From Squalus acanthias (Eukaryota), in assembly GCA_030390025.1 (NCBI GenBank), contig CM059432.1, positions 17,114,001-17,178,000 on the forward strand: DNA of 64,000 nucleotides. The letters are read 5' to 3'. The notes below the pieces were generated by a model that saw nothing but the letters and a program-made list of their open reading frames with translations, searched no databases and was not told the origin of the DNA. Within the stretch, counting starts at the first letter, position 1. The number at the start of each line of letters is the position of its first letter. The translations under genes were made by a program, and so were the position numbers. This document shows, piece after piece, positions 36,740 to 49,651 of this stretch.

Positions 36740-39700
36740 CTAGAGGAGAAGTACTAGGCAAACTAATGGGACTAAAGGCTAACAAGTCCCCTGGACTTGA
36801 TGGTCTGCATCCTAGGGTCTTAAAAGAAGTGGCTGCAGAGATAGTAGATGCAGAGGTTGTAATCTTCCAAAATTCCCTAGACTCTGGAAATTTCCCAGCG
36901 GATTGGATTGGAAAACCGCAAACAAAATGCCCCTATTCAAGAAAGGAGGGAGACAGAAAGCAGGAAACTACAGGCCAGTTAGCCTAACATCTGTCATTGG
37001 GTAAATGCTGGAATCCATTATTAAGGAAGTAGTAGCAGGGCATTTAGAAAATCATAATACAATCAAGCAGAGTCTACATAGTTTTATGAAAGGGAAATCG
37101 TGTTTGACAAATTTGCTAGAGTTCTTTGCGGATGTAACGAGCAGGGTGAATAAAGGGGAACCAGTAGATGTAGTGTGTTTGGATTTCCAAAAGGCATTCG
37201 ATAAGGTGCCACATAAAAGGTAACTGCTCAAGATAAGAGCTCACGGTGTTGGGGGGAATATATTAGCATGGATAGAGGATTGGCTAACTAACAAAAAAGA
37301 GAGTCGGGATAAATGAGTCATTTTCAGGTTGGCAAGCTGTAACTAGTGGGGTGCCACAGGGATCAGTGCTGGGGCCTCAACTATTTACAATCTATATTAA
37401 TGACTTGGATGAAGGGACCGAGTGTATTGTAGCCAAATTTGCTGACGATACAAAAATAGGTGGGAAAGCAAGTTGTGAGGCGGACACTATGGCTGGAATT
37501 TTGCCGGCGCTCAGAGGGTGGGTTTGGAGGTGGGTCCGCTGTCAAAATAGCAAAGATTGACCGGATAGCAAACCTGCTTTCAACACACTTCCACGTGAGT
37601 CTTCCAGGTGTCTGGTCTGTAAGCGGAGAACTGACCCGACACCAAGCAGCGGGGGAGACAATTGAGCTCATTAAATGGCTGTTTAAGAGCCAATTTAATG
37701 GTTTTTTGAGGCTTCCTTCCAATTTTACGTGCTCCCCCACAGGTTACCCGCTGCTCGGGGAACATGCCAGCTCACCCTGGTGTGAGTTGAGTCTGCTTTG
37801 ATGTATCTGAGAAGCTGACAGCTGCAGAAGTGGTGTAAAGGATGCCATGTTACAGGTGGTCAGTTTCAGAGCGCAGAAACTGTTGGTTACTGCATTTGAA
37901 ATACATATAGAGATTTCTTTAGCTTGCAAGTGTTTAGAGTCAACTGTGCGTCCAGTGCCACCTCATTGGAACAACCTCTCTCACCATTGACAGATCGCTT
38001 CTGTCATCTCATCTGTAGCTGCCATCTATTGCAGCAACATCGGTGCCCTTGGAAAAAATCAGACCTTGCTCCTCTGAATCGTTCCACGATTAGTTCCAAC
38101 ACCAACATCACCAGGCACAACAACATCACAACATCACCAAATTTCTCTGCCAACACCTGATGCTGCACAGGACACGGCATCAGCCCCTGACAACATTGCT
38201 GCCCGTGAGGCCAGCGGTGGCATCATCATGGTCAGATTTACTTCACTTGACGCTGTACAACCTGGCTGGCACATGATGAGCCAGGTTGACACCATCCCAC
38301 ACCAGCACCGTAAAGCATTCCTTTAATGTCCAAGCCATTCCATGCACACTCATCACTATAGTGGGTGGGGGGGAAGTTATGTCTCAACATTCAATGGAAC
38401 TCAGTGAGACACTTCTCAAGGTGCGCACAGACCTGTCCAATAAGGGGTAGTGTTGAAAATATAGATTTCACTGTATGACAACACATTAGCAGAAACTTCA
38501 CATGGACATTGGCTAAACCTCTCAAGTTCCTACCCTTGTGTGTTGTTAGTTGGTATGCTTGCAGTAGGATGAGGGTGAGTGTGAGGGGTGGCTAGTGAGA
38601 TGGGGAAGTGATAATGTAGATAGAGAGGGCTGGGTGGAGGTGCAAGGTAAGTTGGTGTTAGTAAGGATGTGCAGGAGAAGGGTATGCAAGGCAGAGTGAT
38701 GGTGATGTGTTGAGTGGCACAGCAGGGTGAGTTTGAGTGTGGCTTTGCAGTAACGTTTCGTGATCCACTGAGATTATTAAAAGGTTGGCGCCACTGCAGC
38801 CAGGGATCCCTGACGGCATCCCTGCTTTTGCCCTCCTGTGCAATGTGCAGCCAGGCTGCGTTGGTGTCCTGGGGAGATCTCCCGCCCTTGGAAGGGAAGA
38901 GAACCTCCCTGCGTGCTGTGACTCCCTCCATAAGCATAAGGAGGGAGTCATTGGAGAGTCTAGGTGCAAGCATCCACCTTTGTGCAGTGCTTGTTAGTAT
39001 TTGCAGCACCTCAATGTTGTCAAACACTGATGGAGCAACTGTCAAACTCAATGTCGCCGTGGTCCCTTTAAGGAAACCGGCCGATGACGCGTCATCAAAT
39101 GACATCATCAGACCCACTTCCTGTTAATTGGCCGGGAAGCCCGCAGGGTGGGCTTAACTAGGCCAATCAAGAGAAAATCCCTTTGACAGAGCGGCTGCAG
39201 CTGGGAGCGAGACTGGAACCCGGAAACCAGCTCTCCCACCACCATCCCGACACCGCTGAGAAAATCGCAGCCAAAGAGTCTGCAAAGGGATATAGATAGG
39301 TTAATTGAGTGGGCAAAAATTTAGCAGATGGAGTATAATGTGGGAAAATGTGAGGTTATCCACTTTGGTAGGAAGAATAAAAAAGCAAAATATTATTTAA
39401 ATGGAGAGAGACTACAGAATGCTGTGGTACAGAGGGATCTGGGCGTCCTTGTACATGAAACACAAAAAGTTAGCATGCAGGTACAGCAAGTAATTAGGAA
39501 AGCAAATGGAATGTTGGCCTTTATTGCAAGGGGGATGGAGTATAGAAGTAGGGAAATCTTGCTACAACTGTACAGGGCATTGGTGAGACCGCACCTGGAG
39601 TACTGCGTACAGTTTTTGTCTTTTTATTTAAGGAGGGATATACTTGCATTGGAGGCAGTTCAGAGAAGGTTCACTAGGTTGGTTCCTGAGATGAAAGGGT

Positions 39701-40147
39701 TATCTTATGAGGAAAGGTTGAGCCTATAGTCATTGGAGTTTAGAAGAATGAGAGGTGATCTTATTGAAACATATAAGATTCTGAGGGGGCTTGACAGGGT
39801 AGATGCTGAGAGGATGTTTCCCCTCGTGGGGGAAATCTAGAACTAGGGGGCATAGTTTCATAATAAGGGGTCGCCCATTTAAGACAGAGATGAGGAGGAA
39901 TTTCTTCTCTGAGGGTCGTGAATCTTTGGAATTCTCTACCCCAGAGAGCTGTGGAGGCTGAGTCATTGAATATATTCAAGGCTGAGATAGACAGATTTTT
40001 GAACTTCAGAGGAGTCAAGGGTTATGGGCAACAGGCAGGAAAGTGGAGTTGAGGCCAAGATCAGATCAGCCATGATCTTATTGAATGGCAGAGCAGGCTA
40101 GAGCGGCCGAATGGCCTACTGCTGCTCCTATTTCTAATGTTCTTATG
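36740..40147 (+). mobile_element. CR1 RT to 3' end, split by a Harbinger element (36740-37490 and 39273-40147)
   Basis: [36 protein letters not shown]; resumes SLQRDIDRL; CR1 tail. Confidence 0.92.
37491..39272 (-). mobile_element. PIF/Harbinger-derived element with a Myb/SANT-like ORF remnant
   Basis: TIR GGCTGGAATTTT/AAAATCGCAGCC; minus ORF APRLSNDSLLMLMEGVTARREVLFP...AWLHIAQE...WLQWRQPFNNL. Confidence 0.8.
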
Positions 40148-40734
40148 AAAGATCTGACAGCCTGCACTCAAGTTCATGGTGTCTGAGTCTGAGGAGCAGC
40201 TGGCAACAGTCTGTTGATTTTTGGATGCACATTTCTACAGGTGGTCATGCCACAGATAGAACAGGTTAGTGAGGAAGGGAAGTAGGTGACCCCATCAGAT
40301 TAAGAAGAGGAGACAGAAGGCAGTGCAGGGAACTTATGTTAGTGTTGAATTGACAAGCAGACATTCAGTGTTCGAGACTCGAGTGATGATTTTTGTCTTG
40401 TTTGATTACTCTTCCATTTTCTGTTAGTTTCTTCTGCACATTAAGTCACCAATCCAAATCTTTAAACCAGTTATTAGGAGGTAGATGAGAGTAATGCAGA
40501 CTAGTGTTTCCTTTCGGTACAATTTTCAAAATTACTTCCTGGGTTCTATTACTTTGGAATACATCAGTCTGATGTACCACCATATCATTGTATTCTGATT
40601 CCTTAAAACCCATTTGTGTTACCTCAGAGGAAAAATATGTGATTTCACGTCTCTTATCTTATTCATTAGCATACTGACTTGTTGTAAATTCTCAATTGTT
40701 ATAAGCAATAGCTTATTGGTTGACATTGTTCTAG

Positions 40735-40919
40735 GCCGAAGATGCTAGATAGTCCACGGAGGCCCACAATGGAAGAGATGGCTATGAGGAAGGAACATAA
40801 CTATGACTTCTTGATGGTTAAGCGATTGGCTGCAAGCATGCCAAATCTACCAGTGGATATCATGCATGATATTCCAGTTGAGCATCTATCCATGAGGAAG
40901 AACAAACCTGAAAATGGTA
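40735..40919 (+). CDS. DENND3: DENND3 exon (window exon 9), linker PKMLDSPRRPTMEE...KRLAASMPNL...NKPEN; 3' end at 40916 or 40919
   Basis: TAG acceptor 40732-40734; SPRRPT and SMPNL motifs; two in-frame phase-1 GT donors 3 nt apart. Confidence 0.9.
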
Positions 40920-41799
40920 GTAAGAATTATTGCTAAAGATTCAGTTAAAAGTTATATTATTCCTTTTCCAAAGTTTGCTGTTAACCTAAGTAAAGAATGT
41001 TTTTTTTTAATAGTTTCCCATTTATGTTCCTATAATTTAATTCTAATGGCTTTTTCCAATTAACTTTTGATGTTTTTTTTAAACTAACATCTTGACAGGT
41101 TTAAGTTCCTGCCTTGGCACTCATTCAAACTTGGCTGGTTTTCAAATGGCTCCTCGGATGCCAGTTTTGTAGTAGTGGAGTATTCTATCATTGGCGGATA
41201 CTAGGAGCTAGTCCCAAATCGAACTACAAAAATATCCTATGTAACACTTGACAGTTTTAAAGAAGTCAATGACTCAGGCAGTTCATCCACACGCCTTGCT
41301 TGAGAGGATGGAGGAGTAGTGGATTGCAGCAATAGGAAAATGTATTGGTTATTGCAGTGTGTATTGGTGGATTGCAGCATTGATTTAGGTTACCAATCTT
41401 AAACTGGTTATCTGTGGAGTGTGATGTACAGTCAGTAGACCACAATTGTACTGCAAATTGCACTGAGGTTCGTGACTAAAGAGTTCTTTGCATTTGTATC
41501 TTAACACATCTGTTCCCTTGGCATTTAATATTAACAGAGTTAATTTAATATTAGCAGATCCAATTTCATATTAGCAGGAGGGTAGTTCACTTTTTCTCCC
41601 AAGATTAATAAATTGAAACAAGTTTATAAAGTGTCCAGGAGGTCCAACCAGCTCTTGCACTGCACCTGATGCAAACTGGTACAAAATGGTCTCAAACCAT
41701 TTAACTTTAGTGCACCGAGTCAGATTGAGACCTGACTCTTGAGTGTTACTGCCACCTTTACTCTGATGTGAAACAAGATGGTGTAGTGAATAAAAAAAG

Positions 41800-42870
41800 T
41801 GGCAGAAGAAATTAAATGTGGGATGGTATAATTTGGTTTAAAAAAAGTACAAGTAGTACTTGTACATTGAATGAGGGAAAGCTGGGTAATGTGGAAGAGC
41901 AGAGGGATTTGGGGATTCAGGTTCACAAGATGTTAAAAGCAGTACCTCAAGTGGATAAGGCCATTTAAAAAAAAAAAAGCTGATAGAAGATTTGTTCCAA
42001 GAGGTGTAGAATATAAAAGTTCAGATGTCATTGTGAATCTATGTAAAACCTTTCAAAAGGGAATTGGATATATACTTGAAAAGGAGAAATTTGCATGGCA
42101 ATGGGAAAAAAAGCAAGGGAGTGGGACTAGTTAACTGGCACAAAAAAAGATGGGACGAATGGCCTCTTTCTGTGCTGTCTGAATCTATGAAGACCACAGT
42201 TGGAGTACTGCGTGTTGCAGTTTTGGGCTCCATACTATAGGAAGGATGTTAAGGCAATATTTGCTAGGATGCTGTCTGGTATGAGGAAATACAAAGAAAA
42301 ACTTGGGGCTGTTTCTGTTAGCACGCAGGATGTTAGGGGATGATTTGATAGATCTGTTTAAAATTATGAAGGGTTGGGACAGAGTAGATAGAAACAGACT
42401 GTTTCCGGTGGTTGATGAATCTAGAATAAGGGAATTTAAATATGGATTAAACGTAAGAGATTTGGGTCAGAGACCAGGAGAAACTTTTTTACACAGAGGG
42501 TTGTAAGGTTGTAGAATGCACCACTGGAGCTCGTGATTGAAACAGAGACCATGTCAACATTTAAGAATTTATGGTTAGGTAGCAATGTTCCTGCTAAGCT
42601 GCACAGTTGTCTGGAGGTGCTGCGCAGGCCGTTCACCGGCTTTTCAATGCCTGCGCAAAATTTTGAATGGGCTGCAAAGCTCGTTAAAGGGACCGCACAC
42701 CCAAAAATAAATTAGGGGGAACATTGTTGGGTAGGTGATTGAAGGAAAGGGAATAAAGGGATATAGAAACAGGGTTGACACATGGATTAGGACAAATCTC
42801 GTATGGAGGATCAACATCAGCACAGACTGATTGGGATGAACAGCCTATTTCCATGTTACAATTTCTATAT
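41800..42870 (+). mobile_element. Old CR1 3' fragment(s)
   Basis: LGDDLIDLFKIMKGWDRVD remnant and CR1-like tail. Confidence 0.7.
42583..42726. mobile_element. 144-bp hAT-type MITE inserted in the old CR1
   Basis: TIR CAATGTTCC..CTAA/TTAG..GGAACATTG; 8-bp TSD TTAGGTAG/TTGGGTAG. Confidence 0.8.
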
Positions 42871-44004
42871 AACTTTAGCTGCACATCAGTGATGGTATAA
42901 CTGCATCCAAAGATAGACTCCATAGATGGATTTAACTTACTTTGACTAGGAACAACATGATTCAAATTATGTACACATAACTTCATTTGCAATATAATTT
43001 AATTGGTTACTTTTTTAATTGAATGTTGATTCATACCACGGTTTTGTCAATTATCATGACCTTCTGTAATAGGTCATAGGAGAAAAGATAATGAATAAAC
43101 GTCTCCTGGATTAGGATGGCATTTTTACAACAACGCGTGCCTCTGCATTGTATCTCATCCATATCTGATGATGGAGATTTGATGCTGTTACTGAAATATG
43201 AAGCAGTGAAATTGACTCTTGTCTTCAGTTCTTTTTGTGGTCATCAAAGTGAGAGATGTTAATGCTTGAGTTCAGACACCCAGCATCAAGCTCTCCCAGA
43301 TTAGGTACAACAGGCAAATACAGAATAAAGCTCCCTCTACTCTGCTGCAACATATGCCTCAGCCCCAACCTTATAGTACCCCTTACTGCATCAACGTGGC
43401 ATTTTTCCATTTCCCACACCACTCACCCGTGGGCTTTTTGAGTAGCCTTGCCAGTTAGTGCTTAATTAGGGCAGTTGTATGCTGTAGGGCCATGCCAATC
43501 AGCAACTGAATTGAGTCTGTCCAAACTCAATTAATATAGTTGTGGCCCTCTAAAAAAGGGGGCACTTGTGTTTGTTTGATGACACTGTGATAACCCAGTG
43601 TCCCCTTATTGGTTTATTTAGAAAAGGAATAGGACCTTACAGCCAGCTGATAGAGGAGACTTTCATCAACTATCTTTTCTGAGAACTATGCTATCATATT
43701 GCAAAATGCTAGCGCTGTATATTGACAAAATGTATAGGCATATCTCCAAAAGTAATAGTTTATTTGTCTTAAAAGACAACTGCAATTCAGATAGTTGTCC
43801 ATCATACAACCTCATGTCATGGTTTAAATGAAATGAAAGAATTTTTCTAAGATTAGAGTACTTTTCAAATAAGAAACCTTACTTTCAGAGATTTTTGGGC
43901 ATGCTTAGCAAGTGCATTGCAAAAATAGATGCAATGAGATGAGAAATACTTAATAGACATTGTATTGAATGATCTCTTGCCAATTTAAAATGCATTTCTT
44001 TCAG

Positions 44005-44526
44005 CTGTGAAGAGAAGCACAAAATCAATAAGAACATTCAAGCTGCCGGAGTTTAGCTCCCCACTTATTTATTCCAGTGTAATTGCATGGTATACAGATT
44101 TCATCAATCTGCTGAGCAGAGCCATAAATGCCACAGGACCAGAAAGCTCAAGCCTATTGGCAAGATATTACTATCTCCGTGGGTTGGCTTATTTGATGCA
44201 GGAAAAATTTCTGGAGGCACTCTCGGACTTCCAGAACCTTTACAAGACTGACCGTGACATTTTCCCGAAAGAACTTGTGAAGAAAGTGATAGACGCAATG
44301 CCTCCAGATCAACGCAACCATGCAGGTCGGAAGCCGGAACTAAAACGACTTATTAGCATAATGTTAGAGAAAGAACGAGATGTGACTGTATCTGATGAAC
44401 ATGTCAAAACCTTTGAGCTGCCTAAAACACACATGCACCAAGAAGATTTTATGAAACGGATCCAGGAATCTGGAATTGTGAAGGATGCTGACACCATTCT
44501 TCGGCTCTTTGATGCCCTAACTATAG
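44005..44526 (+). CDS. DENND3: DENND3 exon (window exon 10), VKRSTKSIRTFKLPE...LLARYYYLRGL...DFQNLYKTD...RLFDALTI
   Basis: CAG acceptor, GTTAGT donor; 522 nt open frame (ORF 44007-44531), strongly similar to recalled DENND3. Confidence 0.97.
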
Positions 44527-45389
44527 GTTAGTGATGCACTTTCCATAAATGTCTCTCTTGTCCATATAATTTTTCACTTGGTAGAAAATGTAGTGAACTG
44601 AAGCGCCCTTTTTTGGTACCCCTATCCTAATTAACTGACTATAACTTGGCTATTAGAGTAACCTTGGGTTTCAAGTAGAATCCCTGATTCGATTAATCAA
44701 GAAATCAGCAAACCAAAATCAATGGATGTTATGTAACGAATATGGCCACTTGATTAAAGGCTGCATCGCCATTAAATAAAATAGTGCTTTTAGGATCTCA
44801 TGGTCTCTGCATTCCATAATCAAATCCGGAAATCTATCTGGATTATCCAAGGTGAGCCTCAAATATTTTTACCTATTTTGCCTCAGAGGGATTTTAGGGT
44901 AGTTTGTGTTATGATATTGCTATGAATTTAAATTCGATTCACAAGGAAGTAACTCCCAGAAACACACAAGTTATTCAGGATGTTATTTAGGACAAAGTTA
45001 ACTGGAATACCAGGTGTCTTACAATTGTGTTTCTTACACACCAGATTAGTTTGAGACAATGGAAATTGTCAGGCATCTACTAGAGATTTTTGCATCTCTA
45101 ATGTTGAATTGGTTTCCATCCAGAGACACCAACCGGGGTCTTGACTAAACAGGCAATGTAGTTGCCATGGATGACATACCAGCAGCGAGCTGGGGAAGGG
45201 GTTTAAGGCTAATCTTTTTGGTGTAATTTTAACCTTACCCACTCAGCGTGAAACTGATGTGACTGGATCGGCACCCTGTTTTGCAACCCACCTGATTTTA
45301 TTTTCCATCTTGATCTTGATCTCGATCTCTCGCTCTCTATCTCTCGCTCTCTCTCCTTTTTCTGTCTTTTTTTCCTCTGTCTTTCTCTC

Positions 45390-45900
45390 TGTTGTAGGGG
45401 CTAATCGGAGCCTTAAGCGGACTAACCGTGAAGGAGAGTCGACGCGTTACCCGACTTAGCCCGACTGAGCAATTAAAACTCAGACACCAATTTACACGGT
45501 TAAATGCGGGAGTACACTTTATTCAGAGCGCTCTGGGAGAGAATTGATGCACCTGCGTGCAGTCACCGACCTCTCAAATAAGTCACTCTGGGGCACAGTA
45601 TTTTATACATCCATCATTGATTACATCGTGCTCACATGAGCATGTGATAGTCATTAGAATCCAATCAATTTTATGTATACAATTGTTAAGCATAGTAAAT
45701 CAATTAACGTCAGGATACAGTTGATGTGATCAGCCTCGTCTATGTGACAGTGTTATCTCGAGCCCTGTATGTTGCAACGTTGTCTGACAAGGCAGACTGC
45801 CAACCCATTGCAGAAAAGTCCTGTGTCAGCGAATTTAAAGTTCATTAACTGGATGAGTTTTTCTTCTCCGACATTTCTTTAATAATTTTCTTCTCCAACA
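45390..45900 (-). mobile_element. Solo LTR (ERV1- or Gypsy-type), antisense to DENND3
   Basis: TGTTG...CAACA termini, 4-bp TSD TCTC; minus-strand TATAAAA (45601-45607) and AATAAA (45518-45523). Confidence 0.8.
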
Positions 45901-48900
45901 TCTCTTTCTGTCGATCGATCTCTATCTCTCTCCCTTCGTATATTGCATGTAAAATAAATATTTCTCCAAATCTTTTTTTTTAGGAATAAAGTGCAAGGAT
46001 CTAAATTGCACATCAGTTGCTAACTGGAAAAGGAGATTTTGATTAATGAAGCTGGGATGTTTGGGTGCATGGTCACACTTTAACACATGACTTTAAGTTT
46101 AGTTGAAAGTTTAACAATTCTTTTGCCAAACATGAAATGATGCTTTAGCTCTCTTTTGAGCAAAATAGTTAAGTTTTGTTTTAGCCTGTTTTTTTAAAAA
46201 AAAACTGAAAATTGCATCTTCTATTTCAGCTGTTTAATTAGAGATTCAACAACTTGAAATTATTAGCACTTTTCACAAAAAAGAATGTCTCAAAGCATTT
46301 GACAAGAGCGAGAAATGGACCGAGCAAATGTGTGGGGGGTGGGGTTGTAGGCAGGGAGAGAGATATCAAGGTAAAGTCGTTTTCTAGAGGATAGGGATCT
46401 AATGGCTGAAGGATTAGCTTTTGATGGTAGTGAACATGAGGAGCGACACATCAGTATTCTAGTGCTGAAGGAATGGAGAGTGCGGCCTGAGATGTATGAC
46501 AAGATTTCCCAGGTAGAGTTCCAATCTACATATGTCCTCGACTCCCAGTTTATTTTTCCAAACAGTTTTGCCTTCATCTTGAACTTTGGTAGAATTAACC
46601 CTCCCATTGTTATTTGAAAAGAATATTCATCAATGTTGCCAATAACATTTCCTCTAAATGCAGTAAGCGTTTATTTGGTGACATATCAGAGACAGTAAAA
46701 TTAGCTTCCACTTATGGTTAGAAATTAGGATGGTACTTCTCCAAGAATTTAATAACAAAGAAATCAACACAAAATCTAATTTGGATTGTTCGGAACATGT
46801 TTAGCATCCATTTACTTAAACAAATTTCTGAACTTACAATTTTCTTTTGTTGTCCTTAATTTGAAACTACGACTCCTTGTTCTTGAATTTTATATCCCCC
46901 ACAAAAGAAACCAGTCTGGATCCAAAATCTTCACACCCTTCAGTCTTGCCTAATTACCTGTACTGCTGATTTTAGTGACTTGTTCACCAAAAGATCAAAA
47001 TCTTTTCCTTGTCACACTAAGCATATTTGCATTTAGTACATACTCCACACTATCTTTCCCTCTGTCCAATCTCATAACATTACACTTATAATTGTATGTC
47101 ACTTCTCTGCTCAGAAACCCAACTTTTCTGTTTCTTTTTGCGTTTATTCACATTGACGACATCTAGGAGTAGTGGCAAATAATGCTCCTCATTTGCAAAT
47201 TTAGGCACCTTGGGCATAGTTCCATCCTACAAGTCATTCATAAAAATAATAAACCAATAGTGGTCATAAAACAGACCCTCATGACACAGCACTGGCAACC
47301 ACCTGCCACGCAGGTATCTCCCCACGCACCACAACTTGCTGCTGTCTATAAAGCTGCCAAATGCCATCCATGGAATACAACATCCACTATCTTACCCCAG
47401 CTACTATATCTGTAATTGCCTCAAAGAAGTCCAATAAATTGGTTAAGCATGAACTATTGCTCCTAAAATCTTGCTGCCAATTTGCTACTTGCCAATCGTC
47501 TAGGATATGATTCGACTCTTGTGAGCTCCAGAAAATGTTTGTTAGAGCATTCACAATCCATCATATCCTCCCTAGTGAATTTAAACATTACTAGTGCACA
47601 CTCACAGTTCAACTGTTTCCTCAATTATGGCAATTTCCTCCTGTTTCAACTGTGAACATTATTTCAGCAACTCCCTGTCCTCAGACTCCATCTCCCCATT
47701 TTCATTTCTAAGTGACACAGTGTCTCTAACTTTTCTGACATATTTGACGAAAACTTTGTTCTTTCTTTGCAGCTATATTTTTCTCATGTTCTCTCAGTGT
47801 CTTGTTTCAATTTCTTCACATTTCTCAGTTTGTTTTAATAGATCTCCCTATACTGTTTCTTTCTTGAACATTTAAAACTGTTGTACATTTCTACTTCTCC
47901 CTAATTCCTTCCATACTTTATCATCCACATTTTACTCAACTTATTTCAGCATAAATTGCTTTGTTTTTTTTAAAATCCCTTAAGATTTTCCCATTTTTCC
48001 TCCATATCCTTTCCTTTAAATGTGTCCTTTCATTTTAATGTTTTCATGCATTCTCTCATCAGCTCCTGGTAAGCTTGGCTAAAATTGACCTTGATAGGGC
48101 TTCTTTTATATTTCCATCATCATTGCTACCTTGAAAATAAAAATATTATGGTCACTAGATCGCACTTGTTAATTCCTACTTGTGCTTGGTTTATCACTGC
48201 CTCGTCATTAGTTAATTCCAAACTACTGTCGTAGTTACTCTGCAGCTTCCCTCACATGCTGTTTCAGAAATGAGTCTTTCTTACAACTTCAAGAAATTCT
48301 TGCTTACATGCAGACTGTCTGCAATTTACATCCCAATCAATGGGGGTAATTTTCACCTTCAATGCTGGGGCAGTAAACCGTCAGAATGGATCATCCGCCT
48401 GCTAACGATCCCGCCCGATTTTCATTTCCACAACGGAAATGAAAATCGGATGGGTTCTACAACGGGCGACAATCCACTTGCCAGTTTACTCCTCAGATAA
48501 TGGAAAGATTGTAAACCCCCATGATCACCTCGTACTTATCTGTTCAGTGGCCTCCCATTTGCCACGTTTACCTCCTTTTTGTTGTCTGGTGGTCTATAGC
48601 ATATTTGTATCACTAACGCTTTTTCTTTTCTATTTTCCAACTCTAACTGGAAAGAATAAAACTACATAACTCTTCATTTGCTATTTATATTGTACTTGTA
48701 TTAATTCCTGTGTCATAGGTGTTCGGTACTACATGTATTGGGGACTCTGAATTATCTGTTAATATTACTTAGGAGGTTGGGTCCCTTCATTCTTCTGGTT
48801 AGAATCATAGAATTTTGCAGCATAGAAAGAAAAAAAGAACAAACTTGATTTATTTTTCACAACCTCAGCATATCCGATATGTTAAAGGCAAATCGTCTTT

Positions 48901-48907
48901 AACTATT

Positions 48908-49648
48908 GGCCCAGAAATTGATCTCGCTCTGTTCCCGCGGGGGTAAGGCTTCCCCACGATCTCTCACTCCGCTTGTGCTTTTTCAGATCCAGCTCGCACG
49001 AACTTGATGTTCCAGACATCAGCTGGGCAGTGTTTGCGTATCCCAGCGGCGTAATGAATTCGGGCGAGCTGTGGGATCACGTGACTCAGTTAGAGCCAAT
49101 GGCAGCACACCATCTTCCATTCATAAGTTTCACATACGTGCTGTGAAATCTATGAATCTTACACCCCCCCAAAATAACAGCTAAACCTCAATTAAATAAA
49201 AAAAAAACCATCACATTAATAAAATAAGTATAGTTAATTAAATTAACCATTTTAAATAAAAAATTAAATTTTTGAAAAAATTTAAAATCTTTTAAAAAGT
49301 TATAAAAATAAACTTACCTGTCTTTAAAGTCTCTAAAAAAGATATACCTGTTAAAAAAAAATTCAAAAAAATACTTAATTCACTACTTACCTTCTTAAAA
49401 GTGGGTCTTACTCCTTTTTTCCATTTCTAAAATCTTCCGTACTTACCTGCGCGTCCAAAGCATGAAGTGCACAGCGTGCGCGCAGCCTGTAGCGCGCACG
49501 CGATGCACCGAGGAACCGCCCCCTTTTCAAAAGAGCAATTGCCGGTTTTCAGCGCATGCGCAGGGCATGCAGAAAACCGGCAATTGGAGAGAGAATACGC
49601 GAGAGTACGCAGTGCGTACTCTCGCGTCGCGGGATCAATTTCTGGGCC
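48908..49648. mobile_element. Harbinger-type MITE
   Basis: 16-bp perfect TIR GGCCCAGAAATTGATC/GATCAATTTCTGGGCC; flanks ATT/AAT; GC-rich arms around an A-rich core. Confidence 0.85.
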
Positions 49649-49651
49649 AAT

